DNA of 64,000 nt from a bacterium (GCA_030647205.1 JAUSJO010000002.1:113112-177111); one strand, 5' to 3'. Shown: positions 48,100 through 57,405, numbered from the stretch's first letter. The notes: generated from the letters alone by a model not told the origin. Numbers and translations: made by a program.

Positions 48100-48713
48100 T
48101 ATTCAAAAATATTCAAAAAGACAACTCGGGTATGACGCTTATCGAACTGATTGTGAGTATGGCCATATTTTCTATTGTTATGACGCTAACGGTAGGATTT
48201 TTCTTAAGGCTACAGGTGCTTCAGGGAACTTACAGAGCAAGTGCTGAGATACAGCAAGAAGGGAAAATAGCTTCGGAGGCTCTTGTCAGGCTTGTGGGGG
48301 CTGCCGATGAAGTGACCATATATGACGGCGACGGCGACGGTGATATCTGTTCGCCATCTTCATCGTTTACTACTGCAAACTTGGGATATTCGGCGGATAA
48401 TTATTTGAAAGTAAAGACCAACCTTGGTAGTTTCATCTTTGCTTGCAATAAAGAAAAAAATTATACGAAACTAAAATCCGGACTATTTATATCTCAAGTA
48501 TCTTCGTTTCCACCAACACCGGCAGCAGGTGACCAATATTTTGACTTGGTTTCCGAACAGGCAGGGGTCAAAAGTTTCAAAGTACGGAAGATGCAAACCT
48601 ATCCGGAGTCTTTGCAATATGATATGGAAGTTGCTAAGGTAGATAAGGATGGTAACTTTTTGGGGCAGACAGGGGACTCACTGCATTTTAGAGGTTACTT
48701 AACGCTTAAATAG
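48096..48713 (+). CDS. Minor pilin (PilW-like)
   Basis: G|MTLIELIVSMAIFS. Confidence 0.8.
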   Translation: MIFKNIQKDNSGMTLIELIVSMAIFSIVMTLTVGFFLRLQVLQGTYRASAEIQQEGKIASEALVRLVGAADEVTIYDGDGDGDICSPSSSFTTANLGYSADNYLKVKTNLGSFIFACNKEKNYTKLKSGLFISQVSSFPPTPAAGDQYFDLVSEQAGVKSFKVRKMQTYPESLQYDMEVAKVDKDGNFLGQTGDSLHFRGYLTLK

Positions 48714-48715
48714 AT

Positions 48716-50305
48716 TTGATTATGAAAGTAAAAATGATTTTAAAAAATGATAAGGGAACCGCCATTTTATGGACAATGATGCTTGTTTTTCTTTTCTTTA
48801 TGGTTACTAGCAGCATGGTAGTAGTTTCATTATCAACTATTAGGCAGTCAAGTGAGATAAATGCATCAATAGATGCATATTTAGCGGCTGAGTCTGGCCT
48901 TGATATTGTACAGGAGAAGATAGACAGCTCGACGGCTAGTACAAGTGGACATTTCGGAGTAAACCCAAACGACGAAACAAACTATCAGACCCTCAAAACA
49001 CCCGGTTATAGTTATAATATTGTCAAAAAAGGAGAGCTGTTTAACGGAGTGCCATGTCCCGCTCCATATAGTTATTGCTATACAGTAGAGGGACAGGTTG
49101 GAAGCATTTCGAGGGAATATGTCGGTATGTGGAAGGAGAAGTCCTCTTCAAGAAAAGCGGGCCTAGACCTGTCAAAAGATGCCGGTGCCTCTATTGCTCT
49201 GGGTACACAGACAGTGCCTTTCTCGTGGGAATACCTTTATATCAAAAAGAATGCAATAGCCTCTAACCCCTTCTTTTCAACAGACAGTGGGGGAACCCAA
49301 AATGAGTCAATATATAATAACGAGGCAAGCAAGATAAACTACTTTAAAGTAAGCGGTAACATTAACTTTAACAACCCTGCACTGCATAGAAGCAAGGGTA
49401 CCTATACGTTTGGGCTTACTGATGATAATTCTTTTCTTAGGGTATGGGTGAATAACTATAGTAGGTGTAATAGTAATCCATATTCCGGTACCGATAATGC
49501 ATCGATAGCTTTTGGAATACCCGCAACTGCAGGTGATAGCGCAGCTCCATCTAGTTACGCCCCTGTGCATTGTATCTATCTAAATAAAAATAACCACACG
49601 CAACAAGTAAACAACTTTAAGTTTGAAATAATATATGAAGGACATGATGCCCCAAACAAATCCAAATATATATTAAAAATAAAAGACGCTGTTACCGGCG
49701 AATGCATAGGGAGTGATATTAGAGATGATTTCCAGGATACTCTTACTCTCGCGACACTAAAGATGTTTTTCCATCACCCTTCCGGTATTGATTTTGGCAG
49801 ATCTATTGATGCAGACGGTAATCCTTATTATGAGCAAGAAAACGATAGTAATACATCCGGCCTTATTGACTATAAGAACATATATTTTGAATATGATGTA
49901 AAGGAAGCGACATCGATTATGGTCCCGAACCTGGCTCTTACATATAGCGGCGCTTTTTGGAACGGCTACTCCGACTATCAGGATCGTCAACTGACAGCAT
50001 CTTTTGTTCTTGACAATACAGGTGCCGGTACCGGGTATAACGCAAAAGTGACCGATGCCTCGTTACATTCGGGAGTATATATCACAACACCCATGCCTTA
50101 TTCACTTGGCACTGCCGGAACTATTGCCCCGGGATATCATCAAGCATTCAACATGAAATTTCGAATTCCGTCGGGGACAACTACCTTTAAGGGCACTCTA
50201 TATGTAAGCGTTGAGGACTCAGATGGTACGGTTCATGACTACAGTCTTCCTTTTGAACCCACTTTTACTGCTAGCGGTGGTGGAGGAGGAGGTCCTCAAC
50301 CATAA
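48716..50305 (+). CDS. Large PilX/GspK-like pilin with C-terminal extracellular domains
   Basis: G|TAILWT (no E5), AYLAAESG. Confidence 0.75.
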   Translation: MIMKVKMILKNDKGTAILWTMMLVFLFFMVTSSMVVVSLSTIRQSSEINASIDAYLAAESGLDIVQEKIDSSTASTSGHFGVNPNDETNYQTLKTPGYSYNIVKKGELFNGVPCPAPYSYCYTVEGQVGSISREYVGMWKEKSSSRKAGLDLSKDAGASIALGTQTVPFSWEYLYIKKNAIASNPFFSTDSGGTQNESIYNNEASKINYFKVSGNINFNNPALHRSKGTYTFGLTDDNSFLRVWVNNYSRCNSNPYSGTDNASIAFGIPATAGDSAAPSSYAPVHCIYLNKNNHTQQVNNFKFEIIYEGHDAPNKSKYILKIKDAVTGECIGSDIRDDFQDTLTLATLKMFFHHPSGIDFGRSIDADGNPYYEQENDSNTSGLIDYKNIYFEYDVKEATSIMVPNLALTYSGAFWNGYSDYQDRQLTASFVLDNTGAGTGYNAKVTDASLHSGVYITTPMPYSLGTAGTIAPGYHQAFNMKFRIPSGTTTFKGTLYVSVEDSDGTVHDYSLPFEPTFTASGGGGGGPQP

Positions 50306-50346
50306 GATTATTGGTATTGGGTTTTATCCTCGAGTTTCTTTTTGGG

Positions 50347-51288
50347 CTAACTTTTTTTGTGGAAGTTTTTATGTATTTCGCGTAGGCGGGTGTCCGTTAC
50401 ATGGGTGTAGATCTGGGTTGTCGTTATTGATGAGTGTCCGAGCATTGCCTGAACACTTCGGATGTCAGCACCATTAATGAGTAAATCTGTGGCGAAGGAG
50501 TGGCGGAGCATGTGCGGCGTCACTTTTTTTGTTATCCCAACCAGTTTTGCATATTTTGAGACCAGGCGTTGGATGCTTCTCGGTGTGAGGCGCATGTACT
50601 CGCCGTCATCAAGCCCGTCTTTTATCCCTGAAAAATGTATAAATAGTGGTTTGGCATTATCGTCTCTTTTTGAAAGGTAGGTTTTGATCTTTTTTGAAGC
50701 ACTATCTGATAGGAAAACTACACGGTCTTTTCCACCTTTCCCTCTGACATTGAACTCGCCCCTTTCCAGGTTGATTTGATCGCGATTTAGACCCGTGAGC
50801 TCGCTTATTCTTAAGCCCGTAGAAAAAAGAGTTTCAAGAATTGCGCTGTCACGCAAAGTAATGGTTTCTTTCTTGGATGGATGTTTTTCGGGCGCTTGCA
50901 GCAGATCGTCTACTTCGGATATCTCCAAGAATTCGATCTTCTTTCTTTCCATATTGCCGAGCTCGACTTTTTCAGCAGATAAGGACTTAATGTCGCGTTT
51001 GGCGAGGTATTTTAAGAATGCCCGGAGAGCTATAATGTGGTAGTTCTGGGTGATTTTCGCCAGATTTCCCCCGAGTTCTGTATTCAACCGGTTCAGATAA
51101 AGGCGGTATTTGCGGACTAGTTCGGCATTGATCTGCTCAGGTCGTATCTCACGGCTTCGGCCATCTTCGGCAAACTCCAAAAAACGTCTGAGATAGTGGT
51201 CATAGTTTCTGATTGTTAGCTCAGAATGGTTTTTCTCTATTTCACAGTATTCAAGAAAGTCGTTTACAAGATCATTAACGCTAGCCAT
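50347..51288 (-). CDS. XerC/XerD-family tyrosine recombinase
   Basis: RD..ILE.LFSTGLRISEL, GKGGKDR, HMLRHSFAT, LGH, TTQIY; likely start ATG 51288. Confidence 0.93.
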   Translation of the reverse strand: MASVNDLVNDFLEYCEIEKNHSELTIRNYDHYLRRFLEFAEDGRSREIRPEQINAELVRKYRLYLNRLNTELGGNLAKITQNYHIIALRAFLKYLAKRDIKSLSAEKVELGNMERKKIEFLEISEVDDLLQAPEKHPSKKETITLRDSAILETLFSTGLRISELTGLNRDQINLERGEFNVRGKGGKDRVVFLSDSASKKIKTYLSKRDDNAKPLFIHFSGIKDGLDDGEYMRLTPRSIQRLVSKYAKLVGITKKVTPHMLRHSFATDLLINGADIRSVQAMLGHSSITTTQIYTHVTDTRLREIHKNFHKKS

Positions 51289-51318
51289 GTCTATATTGTA
51301 CGACACTTTTCTTCCCTT

Positions 51319-51384
51319 GTCATTCCGAGCGTAGCGGAGGAATCCCTTCCCCCGTATGTCATTCCCGCAGAGACGGGAATCTAG
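51319..51384 (+). repeat. Two tandem GTCATT REP palindromes
   Basis: GTCATTCCGAGCGTAGCGGAGGAATCCC (51319) and GTCATTCCCGCAGAGACGGGAATCTAG (51358; same type as the element 1 ends). Confidence 0.85.
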
Positions 51385-51401
51385 TCTTTCTTTAAATAGT
51401 A

Positions 51402-51598
51402 TCCACTTTTTTAGAAAAAGTGGAGTAAAAATTGCGGCTTAGACGGTCTCTCAAAGTATCGTCTGGTTTGCTCTCTCATCTTTAAAAAAATTAACTCGCT
51501 TCTCTCAAACAAAATTCTTTTTAAAGGTTCGTTTACTCCCAGACTTTCTTTTCGAGCCGATAGCCGCAAGCGAGCTCCCTTTGAAAAAATCATGCCGG
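51402..51598 (+). repeat. Dispersed structured repeat, copy 3
   Basis: Invariant 31-mer, rod closed by TGCGGCT/AGCCGCA, conserved 3' tail. Confidence 0.9.
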
Positions 51599-51684
51599 AT
51601 TTCATTGCTAGCTTTTGCAATATTGGTTATAGCTATAATTCCAACAACTTGAACATTTTGGACGATTCCCTCATACTTGTTTAT

Positions 51685-53130
51685 ATGAAAGCGGTTTTTT
51701 GTGGTGTTATTTTGTCCTCATTTGTCCTGGGCGTTTTTTTTGCTCCGTACTTTAGCGTTTCGACGGCAGCGCTCGTTGCACTTTTTGCCATTTTTTTTCT
51801 CTTGAGCCTTTCCCTTATTCCTGAGAAGTGGCTTTGGCTGAGCATGATTGCCATCGGTTTTTTCTTTCTGGGTGTTTTTCGCTTGCAGCAGTATCAAACC
51901 GGTCTTGAAAAAGTTACTTATCCGACAGATAAAGATGTGAATGTTCAGGGGCAGGTTGTGGAGCCGCCGGAGGATACTAAAAAAGCAACAAAGGTTGTGA
52001 TCCAGGATCAAGATAAAAAGGCAAAAATTCTGCTTATTTTGAGGCCGTTTTCAGGGATAAAGTATGGCGATTATCTGGCAGTTGAAGGGAAAATGGTCCG
52101 GCCGGAAAGCGAAAGTCTCAAAAACAACCTTCTTACAAAAGGGATTTCATACCAAATGCTTTTTCCGAACATAGAAAAGATTAAGACAGCCGGAAACCTG
52201 AGTTTGCAAATGCAGGCTAAAAACTTGCTGTATGGTGTGAGAAATCGTTTTGAAAGCAGTATAAACAGTATTTTGCCCGAACCGGAAAGCTCGTTTTTAG
52301 CGGGGCTTCTTCTTGGGATCAAAAGAAACTTGCCCGACTGGCTGATGGAAGATTTGCAAAAAAGTGGGACAACTCACATCATCGCTCTTTCCGGATTTAA
52401 TATTACTGTGATTGTGATGGGACTGCGTCTGATGTTTTCTAAAAAGTCGGCGAAAATGAGTTTCTATTTGCCACTCATAGCCATTGCCGGATTCGTGGTA
52501 ATGACCGGTGCGCAAAGTTCGGTGGTGAGAGCCGGCATCATGGGTGCGATGATGATGCTAGCGTACCGTGTCGGGCGCCAGTCGTCAGCTACGATGGCGA
52601 TAGTTATAACGGCAGCGGCAATGATATTTTATAACCCGATGATACTTAGATTTGATGTTGGTTTCCAGCTTTCATTTGCGGCATTTTTGGGAATTATCTA
52701 CCTGGGACCGATAATCCGAGAGATTTTACCCGGCAAAAGAGAGTCGTTGAAGGAGGTTCTCGCCATGACGCTTGGGGCGCAGGTAATGGCGTATCCGATA
52801 ATTCTCTACTACTTCGGCAACTTTTCGCTTATCGCACTCGCAACTAATTTAATAATTCTGCCATTTATTCCCTTTGTGATGCTCATCGGATTTATAAGCA
52901 CAGTTCTGGGCATGATATGGTCGTATCTGGGATATGTGCTATCGTGGACGGTGTTTTTTGCCCTGAGGGTAATCATCGGCGCAATCCACTTCTCTGCTTC
53001 CCTGCCTTTTGCATCTCTTGATGGTATAAACATCTCGCCGACCAATATGGCCATTTGTTACATCATAGTTCTAGAGCTGATATTTATTTATAAAGCTATA
53101 AAGAGAAAGCGCCTTTCAAATGGAAGATAA
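51685..53130 (+). CDS. comEC: Competence protein ComEC (membrane domain)
   Basis: GLLLG, SGTTHIIALSGFN, SVVRA.IM, GFQLSF; start moved to 51685. Confidence 0.92.
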   Translation: MKAVFCGVILSSFVLGVFFAPYFSVSTAALVALFAIFFLLSLSLIPEKWLWLSMIAIGFFFLGVFRLQQYQTGLEKVTYPTDKDVNVQGQVVEPPEDTKKATKVVIQDQDKKAKILLILRPFSGIKYGDYLAVEGKMVRPESESLKNNLLTKGISYQMLFPNIEKIKTAGNLSLQMQAKNLLYGVRNRFESSINSILPEPESSFLAGLLLGIKRNLPDWLMEDLQKSGTTHIIALSGFNITVIVMGLRLMFSKKSAKMSFYLPLIAIAGFVVMTGAQSSVVRAGIMGAMMMLAYRVGRQSSATMAIVITAAAMIFYNPMILRFDVGFQLSFAAFLGIIYLGPIIREILPGKRESLKEVLAMTLGAQVMAYPIILYYFGNFSLIALATNLIILPFIPFVMLIGFISTVLGMIWSYLGYVLSWTVFFALRVIIGAIHFSASLPFASLDGINISPTNMAICYIIVLELIFIYKAIKRKRLSNGR

Positions 53131-53998
53131 AACAAAGAAGATATTTTCGCCGATTGCGATTCTAATTTTGATAGTGGCATTTATTGGGATTTGGGCAAGT
53201 GTTTTTGCTGTTCCCGACAAGAAGCTAAAGGTCACATATCTTGATATCGGGCAGGGTGATAGCGAACTTATCGAGTTTCCGGATGGTAAAATGGCGCTTA
53301 TAGATGGCGGGCCGGGCAAAAAAGTTCTTGAGGGTTTGGGCAAAAATATGCCTTTCTACAAGCGAAAAATAGATATTATCTTTCTTTCTCATCCGCATGC
53401 TGACCATGTGGCGGGACTTGTTCATGTTTTGAGCCGATATGAAGTTGGACGAGTTGTGCTTACCCGGGCGGTTCATAATGCGCCGGAATATCAGGAATTT
53501 TTAAAGCAGGCTAAAGATAAAAATATTCCGGCGACTGAAGGTATCCGCGGAACGGAGTTTGACTTTTCCGGTGGCAGCAAAATTAAGATTTTATATCCGA
53601 CAGGTACGCTTGATAGTCAGAACCTAAACAATACCTCAGAAGTTTTGATGCTTGAGTCTGGCAAAACGAGATTTCTATTTATGGGAGATCTGGAAAATGA
53701 TGGATCTGATAAGCTGCTTGCTCTCGAGCCGGATTTGCAGACGGATGTCATAAAAGTGCCTCATCATGGCTCACAAAATGCTCTAAATGCAGATTTATAT
53801 AAGAAAGCTAGCCCAAAATATGCGGTTATTTCTGTTGGTAAAGATAACAAATACGGTCATCCTCACACTGAAGTACTGAATTTCCTGGAAGCTAGCGGGA
53901 TAAAATATTTCCGCACTGATACTGCCGGAGATGTAAGCCTTGTTTCGGACGGGACAAGTGTAGAGCTTAAAAAAGGAAATAATCTTTTGTCGTTTTAA
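53120..53998 (+). CDS. ComEC-type metallo-beta-lactamase-fold protein
   Basis: DIGQGD, SHPHADH, HHGS, YGHP. Confidence 0.9.
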   Translation: MEDKTKKIFSPIAILILIVAFIGIWASVFAVPDKKLKVTYLDIGQGDSELIEFPDGKMALIDGGPGKKVLEGLGKNMPFYKRKIDIIFLSHPHADHVAGLVHVLSRYEVGRVVLTRAVHNAPEYQEFLKQAKDKNIPATEGIRGTEFDFSGGSKIKILYPTGTLDSQNLNNTSEVLMLESGKTRFLFMGDLENDGSDKLLALEPDLQTDVIKVPHHGSQNALNADLYKKASPKYAVISVGKDNKYGHPHTEVLNFLEASGIKYFRTDTAGDVSLVSDGTSVELKKGNNLLSF

Positions 53999-54058
53999 GG
54001 TATTGTCACCATAATTATTCGTCATTCTGGCTTGTCCAGAAGCATCTCTTTAAAATAG

Positions 54059-54273
54059 TTTCCACTTTTTTAGAAAAAGTGGAGTAAAAATCGCGACTTA
54101 TGGCGGCGACAAAGTGTCGGATTTCAGTTCGCTCAGGTTTGAAAAAATGAACTCGCTAGATCGCTCAGACAACATTATTTTCAAAATCTTCGTTCACTTT
54201 ATCCTCGCTTTGTCTTCGATAGTCGCATTAAGAGATCACTTGGCTCATCTTCCCTTTGAAAAAATCGTGCCGG
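54059..54273 (+). repeat. Dispersed structured repeat, copy 4
   Basis: Invariant 31-mer, GCGACT/AGTCGC closing stem; preceded by GTCATTCTGGCTTGTCCAGAA at 54021. Confidence 0.9.
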
Positions 54274-54341
54274 GGAGGCCGTAAACATTTTACTTTACTA
54301 ATATATTCCATTATAGTTATAATGTTTAAAAGGAGAAAACA

Positions 54342-54713
54342 ATGGCTGCATCGAAAATTTTAATTATAGATGATGACCCTGCAATAAGAGAACTTTATGA
54401 AACCGGATTTAAACAGATTGGTTTTGATGTTCAGACAGCCGTCAATGGCGAGGATGCACTCACTAAGACACTCTCGTTTAAACCGGATCTTTTACTTCTT
54501 GATATTATGATGCCGGAGATACACGGGCTTCATGTTTTGGATATTATAAAAGCTACGCCAGAAGCTAAAGATATGAAAGTTATCGTGTTTACTGCACTTT
54601 CAGACGATGAAGCAAGGAAAAAAGCGGAAGAGTTTGGTGCGGACGGATACATAGTAAAATCTCAAAAAACGATGGCAGAGGTTATAAACTACGTTCAGGA
54701 AATGCTAAAGTAA
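54342..54713 (+). CDS. Single-domain response regulator
   Basis: ILIIDDD, LLDIMMP, FTAL, YIVK. Confidence 0.92.
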   Translation: MAASKILIIDDDPAIRELYETGFKQIGFDVQTAVNGEDALTKTLSFKPDLLLLDIMMPEIHGLHVLDIIKATPEAKDMKVIVFTALSDDEARKKAEEFGADGYIVKSQKTMAEVINYVQEMLK

Positions 54714-54774
54714 ATATTAGATAGTTAAAAATCTATTTGCAAAATTTCAGTAATGTTATAACATAAGTTTTATA

Positions 54775-54924
54775 ATGATAGTTAAAAACATCAATGCAGT
54801 CTTGTTAACAGTTTTGTCTCTCCTACTACCGGTAAGAGAGAAAGGTTGGTGTTTGCCTTAAAGAGCAGATTGAAAAATAAGATATATCCAACCTTTCTGA
54901 AAGATCAGAAGGGTTTTTTGTTTT
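54775..54924 (+). promoter_or_regulatory. Putative ilv/leu-type leader-peptide attenuator
   Basis: Leader ORF 54775-54861 MIVKNINAVLLTVLSLLLPVREKGWCLP; antiterminator 54840-49/54888-97; terminator 54890-54915 plus T-tract. Confidence 0.6.
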
Positions 54925-54926
54925 CA

Positions 54927-55003
54927 CGGGCCGTGGCGCAGTCTGGTAGCGCAATCCACCCATGGTGGAGAGGTCGGAGGTTCGAATCCTCTCAGCCCGA
55001 CCA
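54927..55003 (+). tRNA. Atypical tRNA: tRNA-Pro-like body with CAU anticodon (possibly pseudo)
   Basis: 77-nt cloverleaf, D-loop GG, GTTCGAATC, C1-G72, A73, encoded CCA; anticodon loop CCCATGG. Confidence 0.8.
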
Positions 55004-55397
55004 AACAATATCCGGATAGGAAACTATCTGATAATTCCAAAAGCCTCTGATCCTCTCTCTGTTTGGCACACAAGGCTAACTCTTCGAAATACTTCTGGTA
55101 ATCCCAAGGTGTTTCATTAAGCGTTGAGTTTCAGGGAGAGGATAAAGGGGTACGAACCTTTAACAATATAAATTCATTTTGTCAAAGTCACAAAAGAAAG
55201 GAGCAAGATTTGCATTGTCATGGAGGCAGCAAGTCAAGACCGGCCAAAGGACAGGTGTATCTATCGAGTCATGCAGTTTTGGTCGAGCGATGAAGATAGC
55301 GTGTACAGACAAACAAGTGTTGGCTTTTTGCGGACACTTCAGAAAGTACAACCACGCTTACTATTCGGAGCATTGGTAATAATCAAAAGTGAGGTGA

Positions 55398-55610
55398 ATG
55401 ATGCAGACAAAGATAGACACACTTACCAAAACCTTCTCCTTTCCCGGTCTTTGTAAAACATCTCTCAGGGGGTTAGCGGAAAAATGTAACGCCGATGTTG
55501 AGATAAAGGGCTCTTCGGGGGCATTCGAACTATCCGGTAGTCCGGTTGATGTGCAGACTCTCGTGACTGAGGCAATGCATCATTGCGATTTCCAGAATCG
55601 TCCTGCATGA
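55398..55610 (+). CDS. Small hypothetical protein
   Basis: GAGGTG SD; 70 aa. Confidence 0.55.
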   Translation: MMQTKIDTLTKTFSFPGLCKTSLRGLAEKCNADVEIKGSSGAFELSGSPVDVQTLVTEAMHHCDFQNRPA

Positions 55611-55666
55611 GGATCGTTAATTGGCATTAAAGGTCTACATTCTTTTGGTCAAAATACTGACTGGAG

Positions 55667-55927
55667 GTGAATAAAATGAAATTCAGTCCCAAAGAAGGGG
55701 AAGCCGGTACATATGTTCTTGATGTGACTGGTTATGTCTGCCCCCACCCTCAGCTATATACATTAAAGTGCATGGAAAAGCTAAAGAGCGGACAAATTCT
55801 GGAGGTGCTGGTGGACAATCCGTCTTCTGTTGAGTCGGTAACCCAAGCTTGTAATGGCAGGGGGTACACGATTCTTGAGTCTACCCAACCAAAAGCCGGG
55901 GTGACCCAGCTTCGAATCCAAAAATGA
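55667..55927 (+). CDS. TusA/SirA-family sulfur carrier protein
   Basis: LDVTGYVCPHP, GQILEVLVDNP.S. Confidence 0.88.
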   Translation: MNKMKFSPKEGEAGTYVLDVTGYVCPHPQLYTLKCMEKLKSGQILEVLVDNPSSVESVTQACNGRGYTILESTQPKAGVTQLRIQK

Positions 55928-55931
55928 ATTC

Positions 55932-55966
55932 AAAGGGGCGCGATAACTATGGTTGTGCGCCCCTTT
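55932..55966. terminator. Intrinsic terminator-like hairpin
   Basis: AAAGGGGCGCG...TGCGCCCCTTT. Confidence 0.7.
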
Positions 55967-56028
55967 AAAATTGGCTTAAATCATGCTAAAATAGAGTATA
56001 TTTAGACTTAACTAGGGAGACAATATCT

Positions 56029-56769
56029 ATGTCAGGACATTCTAAATGGGCCTCCATCAAACATAAGAAAGCGGCTACCGATGCTAAAAAGGGGAAGGCA
56101 TTTACTCAGGCTGCAAACATGATAACTCTTGCGGCCAAAGAAGGCGGCGGAGACCCGATCATGAACTTCAAGTTGCGTCTTGCTATCGATAAGGCAAAGG
56201 CCGTAAATATGCCATCATCAAATATTGATCGCGCAGTAAAAAAAGGCACTGGTGAAGGCGGAGGCGGTCAGGTTGAGGAGTTGATTTATGAGGGTTACGG
56301 CCAAGAAGGAGTAGCTATTTTAGTCAGTACGGTGACGGATAACAAAAACCGAACCTCGGGAGATGTAAGAAGTACGTTGACCAAGTACGGCGGTCGTATG
56401 GCTGATGCCGGCTCTGTTTCATGGCTGTTTGACCAGCAGGGGCAGATTGTGGTTGCGGACACTTCTGAGGATGCAATGCTTGCGTCCATAGATGCAGGAG
56501 CAAGCGATGTGGAGGAGGAAGACGGGAAACTTTTTATTTACTCCGACTTAAACTCGATCAAAAAGATCAAAGAAGCTTTGGAAGCACTAGATATAAAAAT
56601 AGAGTCGGCCGAGATCACTTCAAAGCCCAAGAATTACATAAAAATAGAGAACGAGGAAACCGCCTCAAAGATTTTGAAACTAATAGATATGCTCGAAGGC
56701 CTAGATGACGTGACGGAAGTGTACGCAAACTTCGACATTCCGGATGAGATTTTGGAAAAGGTGGGCTAA
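56029..56769 (+). CDS. yebC: YebC/PmpR family protein
   Basis: MSGHSKW..IKHKK, YEGYG, TDNKNRT, DDV..VY.N. Confidence 0.96.
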   Translation: MSGHSKWASIKHKKAATDAKKGKAFTQAANMITLAAKEGGGDPIMNFKLRLAIDKAKAVNMPSSNIDRAVKKGTGEGGGGQVEELIYEGYGQEGVAILVSTVTDNKNRTSGDVRSTLTKYGGRMADAGSVSWLFDQQGQIVVADTSEDAMLASIDAGASDVEEEDGKLFIYSDLNSIKKIKEALEALDIKIESAEITSKPKNYIKIENEETASKILKLIDMLEGLDDVTEVYANFDIPDEILEKVG

Positions 56770-56863
56770 AATGTCCGTTTGAATTGTTCGAATTGTTAGA
56801 ATTGAAAAAACATCTATAACAAGCGAAGCGATCAAACAGTTATAACAATTAAAACATTTAAAA

Positions 56864-57349
56864 ATGATTATTTTAGGGGTAGATCCCGGAACCGCCACAA
56901 CAGGATATGGTGTCATCGATAACACTAAAGGGATGAATAAATTTGTTGAATATGGCTGTATCCTAACGAAGTCCTCGGAGGATTTAGAAAACCGGTTAGT
57001 GACGATATTTGATGAACTGACTGAAATTATCAAGAAATTTAAACCCGAAATGGTAGCTGTTGAGGAGCTTTTTTTTGCAACAAATGCTAAAACGGCAATC
57101 TCTGTTGGGCATGCTCGAGGAGTAATACTTCTTGCCTGTTCCAAGGAAAAAGTGCCGGTTTATGAGTACACGCCTCTTCAGGTAAAGCAGGCGATTTGCG
57201 GATATGGACGGGGCGATAAACAGCAGATACAGAAAATGGTCAAAGCACTTTTGAATTTGGAAGAAATCCCGAAACCTGATGACGCCGCTGATGGTTTGGC
57301 TATCGCGATTTGTCATGCCAACTCATATAGAGCTTTTGCAGGGAAATAG
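56864..57349 (+). CDS. ruvC: Holliday junction resolvase RuvC
   Basis: ILGVDPG, VEELFF, EYTPLQVK, DDAADGLA. Confidence 0.97.
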   Translation: MIILGVDPGTATTGYGVIDNTKGMNKFVEYGCILTKSSEDLENRLVTIFDELTEIIKKFKPEMVAVEELFFATNAKTAISVGHARGVILLACSKEKVPVYEYTPLQVKQAICGYGRGDKQQIQKMVKALLNLEEIPKPDDAADGLAIAICHANSYRAFAGK

Positions 57350-57405
57350 ATTGCAGTTGAAGCTTGTCGAATAAAGTTCTAAAATAAGACTAAACGGAGG
57401 GGTTT

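Noticed and set aside
50347-51288. Tyrosine recombinase as a prophage or island integrase
   Set aside because: Size and motifs fit XerC/D, there are no phage genes, and no att duplication of the nearby tRNA was seen.
55004-55155. c-di-GMP-I riboswitch, SRP or 6S RNA assignment
   Set aside because: Only fragmentary resemblance (GAAA hairpin, AAAGCCTC); conserved cores were not found, so it is left as an unnamed structure.
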